This document shows, in pieces, positions 38,631-52,269 of a DNA stretch of 64,000 bases. Position numbers and translations under genes: made by a program. The stretch is taken from NCBI GenBank assembly GCA_013265495.1, contig MU061579.1, positions 4,178,327-4,242,326 on the forward strand. The letters run 5' to 3'. The DNA comes from Vicugna vicugna. Its lineage: Eukaryota. The notes below the pieces were generated by a model. The model was not told where the DNA came from. It did not search any database and saw only the letters and a program-made list of their open reading frames with translations. Position 1 is the stretch's first letter, and every line of letters starts with the position of its first letter.

Positions 38631-40597
38631 ATTGAAGTACACTCAGTTACAATGTGTCACTTTCTGGTGTACAGCACAATGTCTCAGTCATGCAAAAACA
38701 TACCTATATTTGTTTTCATATTCTTTTCCATTAAAGGTTATTACAAGATATTGAATATAGTTCCTGTGCTACACAGAAGAAATTTGATTGTTTTTATCTA
38801 TTTATGTATACAGTGGCTAACATTTATAAATCTCAAACTCTCAAATTTATCCCTTCCTGCCTCTTTTCCCCCAGTAACCAAAAGATTGTTTACTATGTCT
38901 GCAAGTCTGTTTCTGTTTTGTAGATGAGATTATGAGTAGCCTGGTTTTTTTTTTTCTTTTAGATACCACATATGATTGATAGCATAAGGTATTTTTCTTT
39001 CTCTTTCTGGCTTACTTTGCTTAGAATGATCTTTAGACCCATTCATGTTGCTGCAAATAGCATAAATTTATTGTTTTTTATGGCTGAGTAGTATTCCATT
39101 ATATATACATATACCAAAACTTCTTTATCCAGTCATCTCTTGATGGACATTTAGGTTGTTTCCATGTCTTGGCTATTGTATATAGTACTGCTATGAATAT
39201 TAGGGTGTATGTATCTTTTTGAATTAGAGTTCCCTCTGGATATATGCCCAGGAGTAGTATTGCTGTATCATATGTTAAGTCTATTTTTAATTTTTTGAGG
39301 AATCTCCATACTGTTTTCCATAATGGCTGCACCAAGCGACATTCCCACCAACAGTAGAAGGGGGTTTCCTTTTCTCTACACCCTCTCCAGCATTTATCTT
39401 TTGTGGACTTTTTAATGATGGCCATTCTGACTAGTATGAGATGGTAGTACTTCATTGTAATTTTGATTTGCATTTCTCTGATAATTAGTGATAGTAAGCA
39501 TTTCTTCATGTGTCTATTGTACATTTGTATGTCTTCACTGGAGAATTGCTTCTTTAGGCCTTCTGCCCATTTTTGGATTGGGTTGTTTGTTTAGTTGTTA
39601 TTAAGTCATTTAAGCTGTTTATATATTCTGGAAATTAAACCTTTGTCAGTCACATCATTTGCAAATATTTACTCCCATTCCATAGGTTGTTGTTTTGTTT
39701 TCCTTATGGTTTCCTTTGCTGTGCAAAAGCTTATAAGTTTAATTAGATCCCATTTGTTTATTTTTGCTTTTATTTCTATTGCCTAGGTACAGTGCCCTAA
39801 GAGAACACTACTAGGATTTATGTCAGAGAATGTTTTGCATATGTTTTCTTCTAGGAATTTTATTGTGTCTTTTCTTATATATAAGTCTTTAAGCCATTTT
39901 GTTTTATTTTTGTGTATGGTGTGAAGAGTGTTTTACCTTCATTGATTTACAGTTTTCCCAACCACTTGCTGAAGAGACTGTCTTTTCTCCACTGCATATT
40001 CTTGCCTCCTTTGTCAAAAATTAATTGTCCATAGGTCTGTGTGTTTATTTCTGGGCTCTCTACTCTGTTGCATTGATCCATATGTCTGTTTTTCTGCCAA
40101 TACCATGCTGTTTTGATTACTGTAGCCCTGTAATGTTGTCTGAAGTCTAGGAGGGTTATTCCTCAAGTTTTGGTTTTTTTATTCAATATTGCTTTGGCTA
40201 TTCTGGGTCTTTTGTGATTCCATACAGATTTTAGGATTATTTGTTCTAGTTCTGTGAAAAATGTTGGGTAACTTGATAGGGATCACATTAAATCTGTATA
40301 TTGCCTTGGGAAGTATGACCATTTTAGGAATATTGATTACTCAAATCCAGGAGCATGAGCTATCTTTCAATTTCTTTAAGTCATTTTTAATTTCCTTAAT
40401 CAATGTTTTGTAGTTTCCATGTAAAAGTCTTTCATCTATTTATTCCTAAGTATTTTATTGTTTTGGGTGTGATTTTAAAAAGGATTTTTTTTTTAATTTT
40501 CTTTCTCTCTTATTTCATTGTTAGTGTAAAGAAATGCAGCTGATTTCTGTATGCTAACTTTGTATCCTGCTACCTTTCCAAATTCATTTATCAGCTC
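38631..40597 (-). mobile_element. L1 3' segment (ORF2 C-terminal half and 3'UTR)
   Basis: ORF 39099-39524 is the L1 ORF2 C-terminus ([32 protein letters not shown]). 3'UTR is homologous to 20420-20720. Confidence 0.95.
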
Positions 40598-41325
40598 ATA
40601 CCAATTCTTCTCAAACTCTTCCAAAAGATTGAAAAGGAGGGAGTACTCTCAAACTCATTCTATAAAGCCACCATCATTCTGATACCAAAACCAGACAAAG
40701 AAACTACCAAAAAAGAAACTTATAGGCCAATATTATTATGAACATAGATGCAAAAATCCTCAACAAAATGTTAGCACACAGAATCTAACAGCACATTAAA
40801 AAGATCTTTCACATTGATCAAGTTGGATTTATCCCACAAGGATGATTCAACATATGCAAATCAATCAATGTGATAGACTACATCAACAAAAGAAGGGTCA
40901 AAAATCACCTGATCATCTCAATAGTTGTAGAAAAGCATTTGATAAGATTCAATACCCACTTATGATAAAATCTCTTACCAAAGTGGGTATTGAGGAAATA
41001 TATCTCAACATAGTAAAAACTATTTATGACAAACCCACAGCCAACATAATTCTCAATGGTGAAAAGTTGAAAGACTTCCCACTAAAATCTGGAGCAAGAA
41101 AAAGATGCCCACTCTTATCACTTCTATTCAACATAGTCTTAGAAGTCCTAGCCACAACAATCAGCAAGAAAAAGAAATAAAAGTGATCCAAATTGGAGGA
41201 GAAGAGGTAAAATTGTTACTATATGTGAATGACATGATACTACATATAGAAAACCCTGAAAGTTTCACACAAAATCTACTAGAGCTGGTAAAAGAATTTG
41301 GCAAGGTAGCAGGATACAAGATTAA
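40598..41325 (+). mobile_element. Inverted 5' segment of the same L1 (RT domain part)
   Basis: [12 protein letters not shown]..., [20 protein letters not shown] and [10 protein letters not shown] (degenerate YADD); ORFs 40842-41180 and 41105-41395. Confidence 0.93.
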
Positions 41326-41329
41326 GTTC

Positions 41330-41455
41330 CTAATATGTATATTTAATTTTATCCTTGAGACATCTCTAAGCTCATCACTGAGGCTCAGAAAATGAATAAA
41401 CTTGTCCAGGCTACCAGCAAATAGGTAGTATAGCTAGAATATTGGAGTTTCTGTT
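41330..41455 (-). mobile_element. MIR fragment; the other part probably lies at ~38480-38520, split by the L1
   Basis: actgaggctcagaaaatgaataaacttgtccagg...; the left flank acttagtatgtactatg..actatgctaa resembles the preceding MIR sequence. Confidence 0.6.
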
Positions 41456-42095
41456 AAGAGCAAACACTTAGCTACTTTGCAAAAGTGCTTTTATCAGTAA
41501 GTTCAGAAAACAAATTTTCTCATTAGGTTTTAATTTATTATTCCTATCTGTAGGAATATAGATACAAGGGGACTTATTTCAAGGATTGCTAGCTCTTGAA
41601 TAACAGGAATAGTTCTTGCAAAGCAAAAAGATATTCTTTATATATATATTCATTATATAATGACACCAGGAGGCAATACATATTAAACAGTTCTGATGGC
41701 TATAGTAATGGTGGTGTTCCTCTGGCCAAAAGTGATAGAGAATGAATTTCTCTCTTCCCCATTTCATTCTTTCTTTCTTTAATGTGAATTTACAATTTCT
41801 CATTGCTGAACAACAAGTGGGTCCATCTGCTATGGCTGATTCTTGGCATTATGAAGAAATGATATAAATTTTCAACTGTGATGTGTTATCTAGGATTTTT
41901 ATTTTTATTCTCTTTATATATGCCTATAATACCTAAAAACTATTTCATAATTGCATACTCTTTAGTGTCTTCTCTTTTTCATCCTTTCTATGTGCATAAT
42001 TTTTGACACCAATGTTCTAGGACCTGTTAATGGAAAATAGATCTTTCATTGATATTAAGTCTTCAATGTGGGCCAAAGTTTAAACAATGATGGCA

Positions 42096-42267
42096 TTTTT
42101 TAAAAAATTGAAGTATAGTTGATTTACAAATTTGTGTCAGTTGTTGGTGTACAGCAAAGTGATTCATTTATACATGTATATGTATATATATTCAGATTCT
42201 TTTCCACTATAGGTTATTACAATATACTGAATTCCTTGTGCTATAAAGTAGGTTCGTATTGTTTATC
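42096..42267 (-). mobile_element. Short 5'-truncated L1 3' end
   Basis: attgaagtatagttgatttacaa...gtacagcaaagtgattca... Confidence 0.88.
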
Positions 42268-42329
42268 TGGCAGCTTTTTTTCTTCCAACTGTTATTTGTA
42301 AAATCCTGACTCTAAACCGGGGAGCATTT

Positions 42330-42570
42330 TGTGATATTACAGGACGATGCACCTAATTAGGGGACCCTGGCAGCTTTGGTTTAAATCCCAGGCCTGACTT
42401 TGAGCAAGTCTCTTAAGTTCATTTAATTTCCTTTACTGTAAACCAGCAGTAATATGATTTTCTTTCTGACCTCACACTTCTGCTCCAAAGCAAAAGCTAA
42501 TACAGGTGAAAGTGTAAAGAACTATAAATTACTTAAAGATAATAAAGTAGAATTATTATGATGATTATTA
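42330..42570 (+). mobile_element. MIR fragment
   Basis: ggtttaaatcccagg..tgactttgagcaagtctcttaa...tttcctttactgtaaa. Confidence 0.55.
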
Positions 42571-43263
42571 ATTTGATCAAAATATTTGCTTGTTTGTTTG
42601 TTTATTTTACTGCAAGCTGTTTCTAAAGACTGACCAGGTCACATCAGCACAAATTATCTGGGGTCAAGTTGTTGCTACCCTCTCTATATGAACTTGTACT
42701 CTCCCAGTCCCCTCAGTCCCTGCCACTTACTCAGTGCTGGATTATACACCTAACAATTTCACATTTGTTCCAGCCTCTTCTCCATGGGCATTTGGATTAC
42801 AACTTCTGTTTTATATTTATTAACTCTACCTAGTTGTATCTTGTATTATAGAAAACAATATTCTTACTGAACATTATGCATGACCCCTACAAAATTATAT
42901 TTACAAAACAGTGATTTAAACTTTTGGTCCTGGTTTTTTGCACTGAATTGATAATGCTCACTTAAAAAACAGTCTTCAGGATTAATGAAATTCCAAATGT
43001 TGCTAATGAATATTTTTCACTGTTTTGTTGTTCTCAAATGATTTAGTTTAGAAAAAAATAATAATTAGCAAAAGATTATTAAAATGCTTTCTTTTAATAA
43101 TGGGTGCTATGTAATTTCTTAAGTTTTATTCATTTTTTAAAACTAATTCCATCTGCAGATTAATTTGGTGCAAGGAGTATGGTAGGGATCTAGGGTACAT
43201 CTAGCCAGTTATTGCTACACCATTTGTTGAATACAACCATTTTCTCTACTGATTTGATTTTAA

Positions 43264-44215
43264 TTTTTTTTATTGAAGTATAGTTGATTTACAAAGTGTT
43301 AGTTTCTGCTGTACAGCATAGTGATTCAGTTATATATATATTCTTTTTCATATTATTTTCTATTATAGATGATTACAAGATAATGAATATAGTTCTTTGT
43401 GCTATACAATAGGACCTTGTTGCTTATCTATTTTATATATAGTAGTTTCTATCTGCTAATCCCAAACTTGTAATTTATCCCTCCCCCTTCTTCTTGTTTG
43501 GTAACTGCAAGTTTGTTTTCTATGTCTGTGGGTCTGCTTCTGTTTCATAAATAAGTTCACTTGTACTATATTTTAGCTTCCACATATAAGTGATACCATA
43601 TGATATTTGTATTTATCTGTCTGGCTTAACTTCACTTGGTATGATAATTTCTAGGTCCATGCATATTGCTGCAAATGACATTATTTCATTCTTTTTTATG
43701 GCTGAGTAGTATTCCATGGTGTATATACCACATCTTCTTTATCCATTCATCTGTAGATGGACATTTAGGTTGCTTCCATGTCTTGGATATTGTAAATAGT
43801 GTTGCTATGAACTTTGGGTGCATGTATCTTCAGACTATAGCTTTCTCTGAATATATGTCCAGTAGTGGGATTGCTAGCTTTATTTTTAGTGTTTTAAGGA
43901 ACCTCCATACCATCTTCCATAGTGGCTGCACTAGTTTACATTCCTACCAACAGTGTAGGAAGGTTCCCTTTTTTGCACACCTTCTCCAGCATTTATTATT
44001 TGTTGACTTTTTAATGATGGTCATTCTGACTGGTGTGAGGTGATACCTCATTTCAGTTTTGAGTTGCATTTCTTTGATAATTAGCGATGTTGAGCATCTT
44101 TTCATGTGCCTGTTAGCCTACTGTATGTCTTCTTCGGAGAAATGTGTGTTTAGGTCTTCTGCCAATTTTTGGATTGGATTTGTTTTGTTGTTGTTGTTAC
44201 TGAGTTGTATGAGCT
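43264..44215 (-). mobile_element. 5'-truncated L1 (~950 bp; ORF2 end and 3'UTR)
   Basis: T tract followed by attgaagtatagttgatttac; homologous to 38631-39620. ORFs 43666 and 44059 are antisense L1 readings. Confidence 0.93.
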
Positions 44216-44446
44216 CAAATTCTTATTTTTGCTTTTGGTACAAAGAAGTTCAACTCTGTTGTTAAATATTATTCAATAAAATGTCTTTGCTTAGGAGAGA
44301 TTTTGAGAAAGTTATTCTCATGATTTTCCCTGTTACATGATTCTTAACATTTAAGAGGGAAAATTAGATGTATTAAATTCATGTATTTGCATTTAGTCTG
44401 TTCTCAAATTTTTAAACTCTTATTATTTTAAATTATCCAATTCAAA

Positions 44447-44560
44447 GGAGGGAAAGAAGGAGAAAGAGAATAAGAGAGAGAAAGAGGGGATCTGGGAGGA
44501 GGGAGGAAAGAATGGGAAGGAGGAAGGAGAAAGTAGAAAAGAGCAAAGAAGAAAGAAATG
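44447..44560. repeat. GA-rich polypurine low-complexity tract
   Basis: Read directly. Confidence 0.85.
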
Positions 44561-45859
44561 CTAATCAAAATGTATCCGGTTTGGGTAATAAAATTAACTA
44601 TACTTTGGAGAAAAACATTGACTTCTTCACTGAGGGTGATTAACTCTAAGTGATTTTACAGATTTCAAAAGAATAATATAATTAATAATGCTGGAAGGAA
44701 ATTTGTAGATTATTTGCTCCAACCTCCATATTTCACCCAGAAAGTTTTAACTTGTCTGAGACCACTAGCATAGCTGACTAATGTCAAAGTGAGAAATAAA
44801 CCAATAAATTCTACATCTTAGACTCCCAGGCTAGATTTCTTTCTGTTATTCAGTCCAATAGTCTTTAAATTTACACAGCTTTTATACAACATTTCAGGTC
44901 TCATTTATACCCAGAATGATCACAATATATAGAAGTTTTATGATTAATCTGTTATCATGCTTAACTTCCTCAAGTGAAAGGCAAATTCCAATCAGTAAAT
45001 TTTTATTTTACCACTTTCACAGAGAGGTAAAAAAGAACTTAGCTATCATCTTTAAAATCATTTGATTTGCTTGAGAGTCATGTTTCTGTGTGTGAGGGTA
45101 CTAAATTTAATCCTGAAATTAGTTACATCTTTTCTAGTGAGGGAAAGTATGTTAATTATCTGTGACATACAAATTAGTGATTAGTGATCATTAGCAATAA
45201 CTTTAAAATATGTAATACATAATGATGCTGTTGAAGTTATATTGATGGCTATGTTGGTAAAACAGAATTCATCTGTAACATTTAACTGACTTTAAAGTGC
45301 ACACTGTATATAAAGCATCTATTTTTTGCACAGAGCCAAAGGAATATATGTTTTTTTGATTTCTGTAACTAATTCTTGTGTAGAAACATATAGAAACAAC
45401 CATTTTCACTTCAAGGCAAAAGCCAAACATGCCAATATAAAAAAAAAAGCAAATAATTTTCAGAATTTTTTGACAATTTATTTTTCTGTTTTTCATTATT
45501 GTTGGTCTATATTTATAGCTGCTCTTCATAGCTTGCTCTTTAGTAAAATACAGTCTTTCTGTATACCCTGTATTAAATATATTTGGACTTGTACAGTCCT
45601 ATGTGAATTCTCATCCTATTCATCTAGCTAGTCACTTAATATTTATTAAACAAGCAAAAAAAAAAGTAATACAGATAGCTGTAGAAAACATGTCTCTGTC
45701 CTAAAGATATCACACATTCTAGGAGTAAAAACAAACTAGTAAACAGGTAATTGCAATGTGAACAATGTAATACAACAAAGCATGAGCAAATTACTGTAGG
45801 ATACAGAAAAGAGAGGAGTTAATTCTACTCAAAGTAATGGAGTAAACTTTGCCAAAAAC

Positions 45860-46820
45860 CAAACTGGTTCAAATCAGGGCATAGAACCCATCAGTGACTT
45901 AAAAGGTGATGTTTAATATAAAGAAGTGTTAAGTATTGATAGTAGAGTGACTAGATGTGAAGATAACTCTAAAGAGGAGTCCAGGGATGAGGGAGGATAC
46001 CCAGAAAAGTACAAATTCGAAGGTGGGGGCCCATCCAAAAGATGGGTTCACTCCTTATTTTTTTTATTGAAGTATAGTTGATTTACAATGTTATGTTAGT
46101 TTCTGGTGTACAGCATAGTGATTCATAAATATTTTTTTCATATTCTTTTTCATTGTATTGTTATTACAGTTTATTGATTATAGTCTTCAGTGCTATACAG
46201 TAGGACCTTGTTGTTTGATTTACTGCTTATTCATAAGGGTGTTTTTAGAGCCTACTGGCTGGTCATGAAGCTCACTGGGTTGCCCAAGCTAGAGTTGGTC
46301 CACAATCACCAGGCAAACAGGAAGCAATCCTTTGGAGTGTAGATGAGCTGCTATCATTGAGGGGTATGAAGAGGAAGTTGATGTGTCTCTGCAGTAGATG
46401 GCCTGGAGCTTGTTATGTCCACATTGGAAGGGCCTCAAGAGACAGATTTCCAGGGCAGTAGCCATGTAGAGAAAGTCAGAGGCAGCACTGTGGACTGGAG
46501 GTCTAGAGTGCCAGCTTCCAAGTTGAGAGTATCACAGAAAGGTGATCATCAGTCTGACACAGTTTTTTGAGATTGCAGAGGAACCACGGGTGAACCAGAG
46601 CACCACTGACTATCTTCACATCCATAATGCTGACCCATTGTGCAGCAGCTGTAACTTGCAAGAGAAGCCTCTTTCTTCCTGCAATATCCTTCCAGTACTC
46701 TCTTCTATGAAGGTAACCTGGGCACACTTTAGAGGAGAAATCCTGAAAGGAATTCCAGCCTTTACTCCAGAGCAGATATTAAAGGGTGAAGTTGAAGCTG
46801 AGATACAATGAACTGATAAA
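45860..46820 (-). mobile_element. Ancient LTR element (LTR78-like), interrupted by a short L1
   Basis: The reverse complement of 46670-46820 (ttatcagttcattgtatctcagcttcaacttcaccc...gaggcttctcttgc) matches my recollection of the LTR78-group 5' end; family assignment uncertain. Confidence 0.55.
46058..46216 (-). mobile_element. Short 5'-truncated L1 3' end
   Basis: T tract followed by attgaagtatagttgatttacaatg. Probable TSD ttcactccttatt (46047-46059) / tttactgcttatt (46219-46231). Confidence 0.88.
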
Positions 46821-47334
46821 GGAAAAAGAGGAGTGGGAAAAAATTAACCAAAATATATTTGACACAAAGAAAACCCCTATTTAAATGATACATCTAGACT
46901 TTTTTTCTCCGATTCCAAATGAAACCCCCAAATCTCCTTTAATATATACAGCAAACATATGATAAAAATTAATGACCCTGTTTTATTTCTGATAATAAAA
47001 TAATGCCTGGATATAGGAAAGACTTTTTCATGAACCCAAAGATACTAAGATGAGGAAAGAGTTTGTATTCTTGTATCTCTGGCTTAAAACTATTTGGCCT
47101 TAAGAAAAGTGATACCCTACCTTTTTAGGCTTATATAGTCAGGATTTATTATGGTGTCTTCAGATTAATGAGTCATCTCCTTTGATTATTGAGAAGTTAT
47201 GAGTCTTTCACTTTAAAATTTCAAATTCACTTTCTTAAAAATAAGGGAAAAATACCATAACCAACCCTACTGACTCAATTATTAATCTAAGTTTGAATAT
47301 TTAACTTCAGCAAAGTTACTATTGGGCATTAAAT

Positions 47335-47650
47335 TTTTATATATTATATATATATATATGTGTTTTATATATTTGTAAGTTATATTTATATATATTTTAT
47401 GTATATATCTCTTCACACTCATGTATGTATATGTATATACATATGAATAGTCACAGAAATATGTCATATATAATTTGTATTTAAATATATTCATATTATA
47501 TAATATAATTGTATAAAGTTTTATATACTTAAATGTACATAGATTTATATATAAATATGTTATATATTATATATTTATGTACTATATAAGTATAAAATTC
47601 ATATATATGAAGCTTTATTGTATATATGTGACTATATGCATATATAACTT
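47335..47650. repeat. TA-rich low-complexity tract (~300 bp)
   Basis: Degenerate (TA)n, read directly. Confidence 0.9.
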
Positions 47651-48009
47651 TAATGCTACTTATGTGGTTGGAATATGTTACTTCTGTGATTGGAAATGCA
47701 GAAATAAATTTTATTTTGAGATTGCCTAGGGAATAAAAAGTTGTACAATTAAAACAGTCTTCTTGACAACGACATGCACACTAATCAGTGTTCAAAAACT
47801 TCTTATGTATGATTAACATGATCTATTTTGAAGATTCAAAGTGTAGTAAAGGTATTCAAATTGCAAAAAAAGAAATTAGCAGTATAGTCTGGTATATTTT
47901 AGGCAGATATGAGGATAGCAAGTGTATATTTGAAATAATACAGTATTCAAACTTTTGGCTTCAAGAAGGTTGACAACAGTGACTATTGACTATGACTATA
48001 ATGGGTGCA

Positions 48010-48170
48010 GCTGTGTTATGTGTAAGAGATCTAGGAAATTCACTCCTCTGATATTGAGTTTTCTCACCTATAAAATGTTGAATCTTATATTTACTCTCAC
48101 ATAGTTTGTGATGATTAAATGAGATTAAATATTTGAATATATCTAGAACTGTGGATATATGTAATATTTG
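48010..48170 (+). mobile_element. MIR fragment
   Basis: ctctctgatattgagttttctcacctataaaatg...tgtgatgattaaatgagattaa. Confidence 0.7.
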
Positions 48171-50227
48171 CTATTTTAAATCCTAATCTTTGAGAAGCTA
48201 GTGACTAAAAGCCTAAAAAGACCACTCCAACTTTGACTCCTTAGAAATTATGCCTTACTCATTCTTGAAATAAATATTTATCAAGTGCCTAATAAGTACT
48301 AGGCCATGTTTTATGCATATGAAGTAAAACAGAAACAAAACAAATCCTTGACTTTATGGAGCTTGTATTCTGGAAATCTTCAGTAAAAAAACTATTTTTA
48401 ATTCCTTATTTGAGGCACCACTTATTTGCATAACACTTTGCTCATTCCTGATATCATGCAGATGGGAAATTACATAAGATCACATTCTAAAAATATTAGA
48501 TTATAATCTATTTTAGAGATAAAATGTATATCTTACTTAATTATAAATTATTTGATCTTTAAACTTGAATAAAAATTCTATCTTCACTTGTTTCTGTGTG
48601 ACATTGAAAACTATATTATCATCAGATACTCAGTTTTTAAAGTGTAAGTTGTCACTAAAATACTTGACTTAACAGAATTTTAGTGAAGATAAGTGTGATA
48701 TTACCTAGAATACTGTCTAAAAAATATTATATGTTAAATATAGATGGCTGTTTTTATATAAACTTAATATCCACATACTTATGAGATGGAGAGTTTTATC
48801 TCCACAGTGTAAGATGACTTAAATATTCAATCTAAGAGCTGAGATATTATGGGATGTTTTTAAATATTTGTCAAATGTTAAGATTACTATAGGATCAAAA
48901 GAAAGATGGCTGCAAAGATGATCATCCCATCCAGAATTTACACATTTCAATCCTGAAAAATCCATAAATTTTCAAATGCCAGGAAGAATAAATTATGTAG
49001 CTTTTCATTATCTGCTTGATTACATTTAGTCAGCCTACAAGAATTCTGAAAATAAGTGTGTGTGCTTATTACTATGTATATATCTGAAAAATGCAAGATA
49101 GGAATATGGTTCAAATTATTAAAATTTAGAAAATGAACTATAATAATAAAGATTAAATTGAAAATACATAGCTTTTTGATGTTGTCCCTGGGTTTATAGT
49201 CTTTAGTCTGCCATGTTAGAAGTCCTTTAGTATTCCCAAAATAATACCATTAAGACTGAGCCTTCAATATAATAAAAGAAAAGGGAATCAAGACAGATGC
49301 ATCCTTAGCATGGCTAATATAGGAAAATGTATAACAAAATATATGGCAAAAAGATAGTAGGTAAACCAAATCTCAATTAAAATAATATTCCTTGATAAAT
49401 TATGTTGATTAAAGGAAATGGTATAAAAGCAACATTAGGTCGACCATCTGCAGTCAGGGAATTTGAAAATTAATCGGGAAAAGGAAATGTAGGTAGTTTC
49501 CTCTTTCCAGACATAATGTGCTTAGGTTAAGTATGTAAAAACCAAGTAACAGGCTTACAGATTATTAAGGGCAACTACTGAAAAAGAATATTTTAAACTC
49601 TAATTACCCTTCACTTGTAGAGCATGAGAGTAGACGATTTTTAGCTCTAATTCCAGTTCTGTTAACAGCACCTCTTCGATTCCAACTCAGAAGGGCTGCC
49701 TACAGCATGGGGAGGGCATTTTTCAATACCAATATATTGAGTTTTTTAATTTGCATATTCATAACACAGCAAGATAGATGTGGGTAGAAGAGTTAGCATC
49801 AGCACTCATCATATCAATGATTAACATTCTAAGGTTTTCTAATTTGCATATAGCCAATCACCAACAACCCTAGGGAAATCAACCACAGAAGAGGAGTTCT
49901 CCATTATAGCAAATAGGAATCCTGAGCTATCATGCTTCATGGCACTTGCTTCCACAACAGAATGAATACTCTTTCCTTTCCTAAGGCTTTATGGTATGAG
50001 AAAACATCGGTTCCAATCAATTGACCAGAACAAGTGATTAAGATATGGTGGTCTTGAAACCCAAGCACAAAGAAGTTTTGTATGTGAGTGCTGTACATAT
50101 TAAGAAGGGTTAATCTAGATTATAACATGGTTTACTACATGCCTTAAACCTACTAAGAATGAAAAGGACTTTAAAATATAATATTTAATGTTATATATCT
50201 GATACTTTATATATGTTCTTTAATATG

Positions 50228-50551
50228 TGTTGACCTGAAATAATAATCTGGCAGATATTTGCCCAGCAAAGATGGGTTTATTTGGGATCAGCAGAGATCT
50301 GCAATTCTGGGTCTGCATCCTTGGTGAGTCACATGCAAGTTCCCACATAGCAAGAGAAGGAGAACACTCTATAGAGAGGAAAAGGGGATTTGGTGATCTA
50401 CAGTAAACAGAGAGCCCATAGCTTTTCATTGCCTGAGTCCTTGCCGGGAAAGAAGACTCTTTCTTCTTCCTGTTGGGCTTTGTTAGCATTACAGGGCATG
50501 AAAGTCTCCCAATTCTATTTAATTGAGGTTTCTCTTTATGAATTTTTTACA
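50228..50551 (-). mobile_element. ERV1-class solo LTR (324 bp)
   Basis: TG...CA termini (tgttgacc...ttttaca). 4-bp TSD tatg at 50224-50227 and 50552-50555. AATAAA on the minus strand (tttatt, ~50277-50282). Confidence 0.88.
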
Positions 50552-52269
50552 TATGCTACTTATCTTGTCCAATTAAACACAAGAATCTGAAACTTTAATT
50601 TAGTAATTTCTGTTTTTGCGGAGGTTGCAGATAAGATTTCTGAATATTTTAATACTCTAATATATTGAAATATTCTAAAGTAAATGACAGTGCATAACTA
50701 TAAATAGCTACAAAAAAGTAAATATATTTATGAGTGTTTATAAGTAATCAATATTAATTAGCAAACATTTTTTAAGAGTTTACCTTATTAATTACAGGTC
50801 AAATATGGTAGCAGTAATAATTCAAATATTACTTGTTTTGCTACTCTTTATGGAAATATCTTTATAGAAATAAGGTAATAGACAGGAAAACTCAAAAGAG
50901 CTTGAAAATCTCAAATAGCAGTGATCATTGTAGTGAAATTAAACCATTGAAAACTCCTTGAACAGTTTGAAATATGTATGAGGAAAGACTGGTGTTAGTT
51001 TTAAAAACTGAATCCATATCCATTTCTGATTGATGTATTATAATAATTCATAATAATTAATAATCCAGTTAGATGTGTTCTCTTAAAAAGTTTAGTTAAA
51101 ATTTGAAAGTCTACAAATGCTCCTGAGTGCATTAGCTTTTACTGCCAGACAATACATCATAAGAAAAAAATTCAACCAAATGACTTTTCAGTGCAGACAA
51201 CAAAAAGCTTTTATAAACACATTAATGATGGAAATAGTGTTTTTCACTCAGTATGTACTGAAGCATAATGAAGTTAGGCCTCCAAACCAAAATATATTTT
51301 CCCTCAGGGAAAAACAATCATTTAAACAGCCATTGATTTGTTACCTAGAGCCTTGACACTTTATGATGAGCCTTTTCAAAGCAGACTCATCTTACTTATC
51401 TGATAATGAATAATGCATATAAGAGAAGAAAAAATATTGTCTCCCAGGAAATATTTGCCTTATCAAGCACTGAAATTTTTGTACATTTAACATATGTTTA
51501 CAGATCAAACATTGCATTACAAGCGTTAAAATATTCATAAATCTGTTTTAATCATGTTTAGTTAGAAATAAACAGTGTTCATGAGACATGTTATAGACTA
51601 TATTATTCCCCTCAGCTCCAAATTGTTGCATTTGGTATTCTTTTAATGCAAAATATTTTGAAAATTTTATAGAAATTTTGACACTTTAATCAACACCTAT
51701 ATACTCAAGATAGCTATTTTAGCAATTAAGATTTTTTTTCTTGATTCTTACAGTGGAATATAAAATATGAAGCAACATACACTAAGTTAAAAAGAGCTAT
51801 TTATTTTATAGAAATAAAAATTAATCTAATTTGCATGTTTTTAACAAAGTCCCCTTAATATTTACTCATGAACCAAAGGGGAACAAATATACAACATTAT
51901 GAAACTGTGTAATAACTTGTGAATATAAAATATAAATGATAACAAATCAAAAAAAGAGGGTAAGTTAAATGTCAAAACAAGGTAAGAAAAAAAGTGAAAA
52001 CTGAAAATTTACTTATAAATTACAATATGCCAACATTTTGTTTTTCTCTTACAAATGGTTAGTACTTTGCAAAAGGCTGCAATGAACTCTTAAAGTCTCC
52101 TTAAGATTCCTAAAGGCTCATTAAGATGCTTAAAGGATCATTTTACTAGTGAGAAATATGGAGGTAATTTTATATTGTAATTTTTATTATAACTTCTATT
52201 AATTTATCTTACAAAAATTTTAACTTTTCTTACAAATTAATCAATTTTAGAATTTAAAATAAACTATAG

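Noticed and set aside
39099..39524. Longest ORF (141 aa) as a host gene
   Set aside because: It is the L1 ORF2 C-terminus. ORFs at 17312, 18616, 19510, 40842, 43666 and 63351 are likewise L1 sense or antisense readings.
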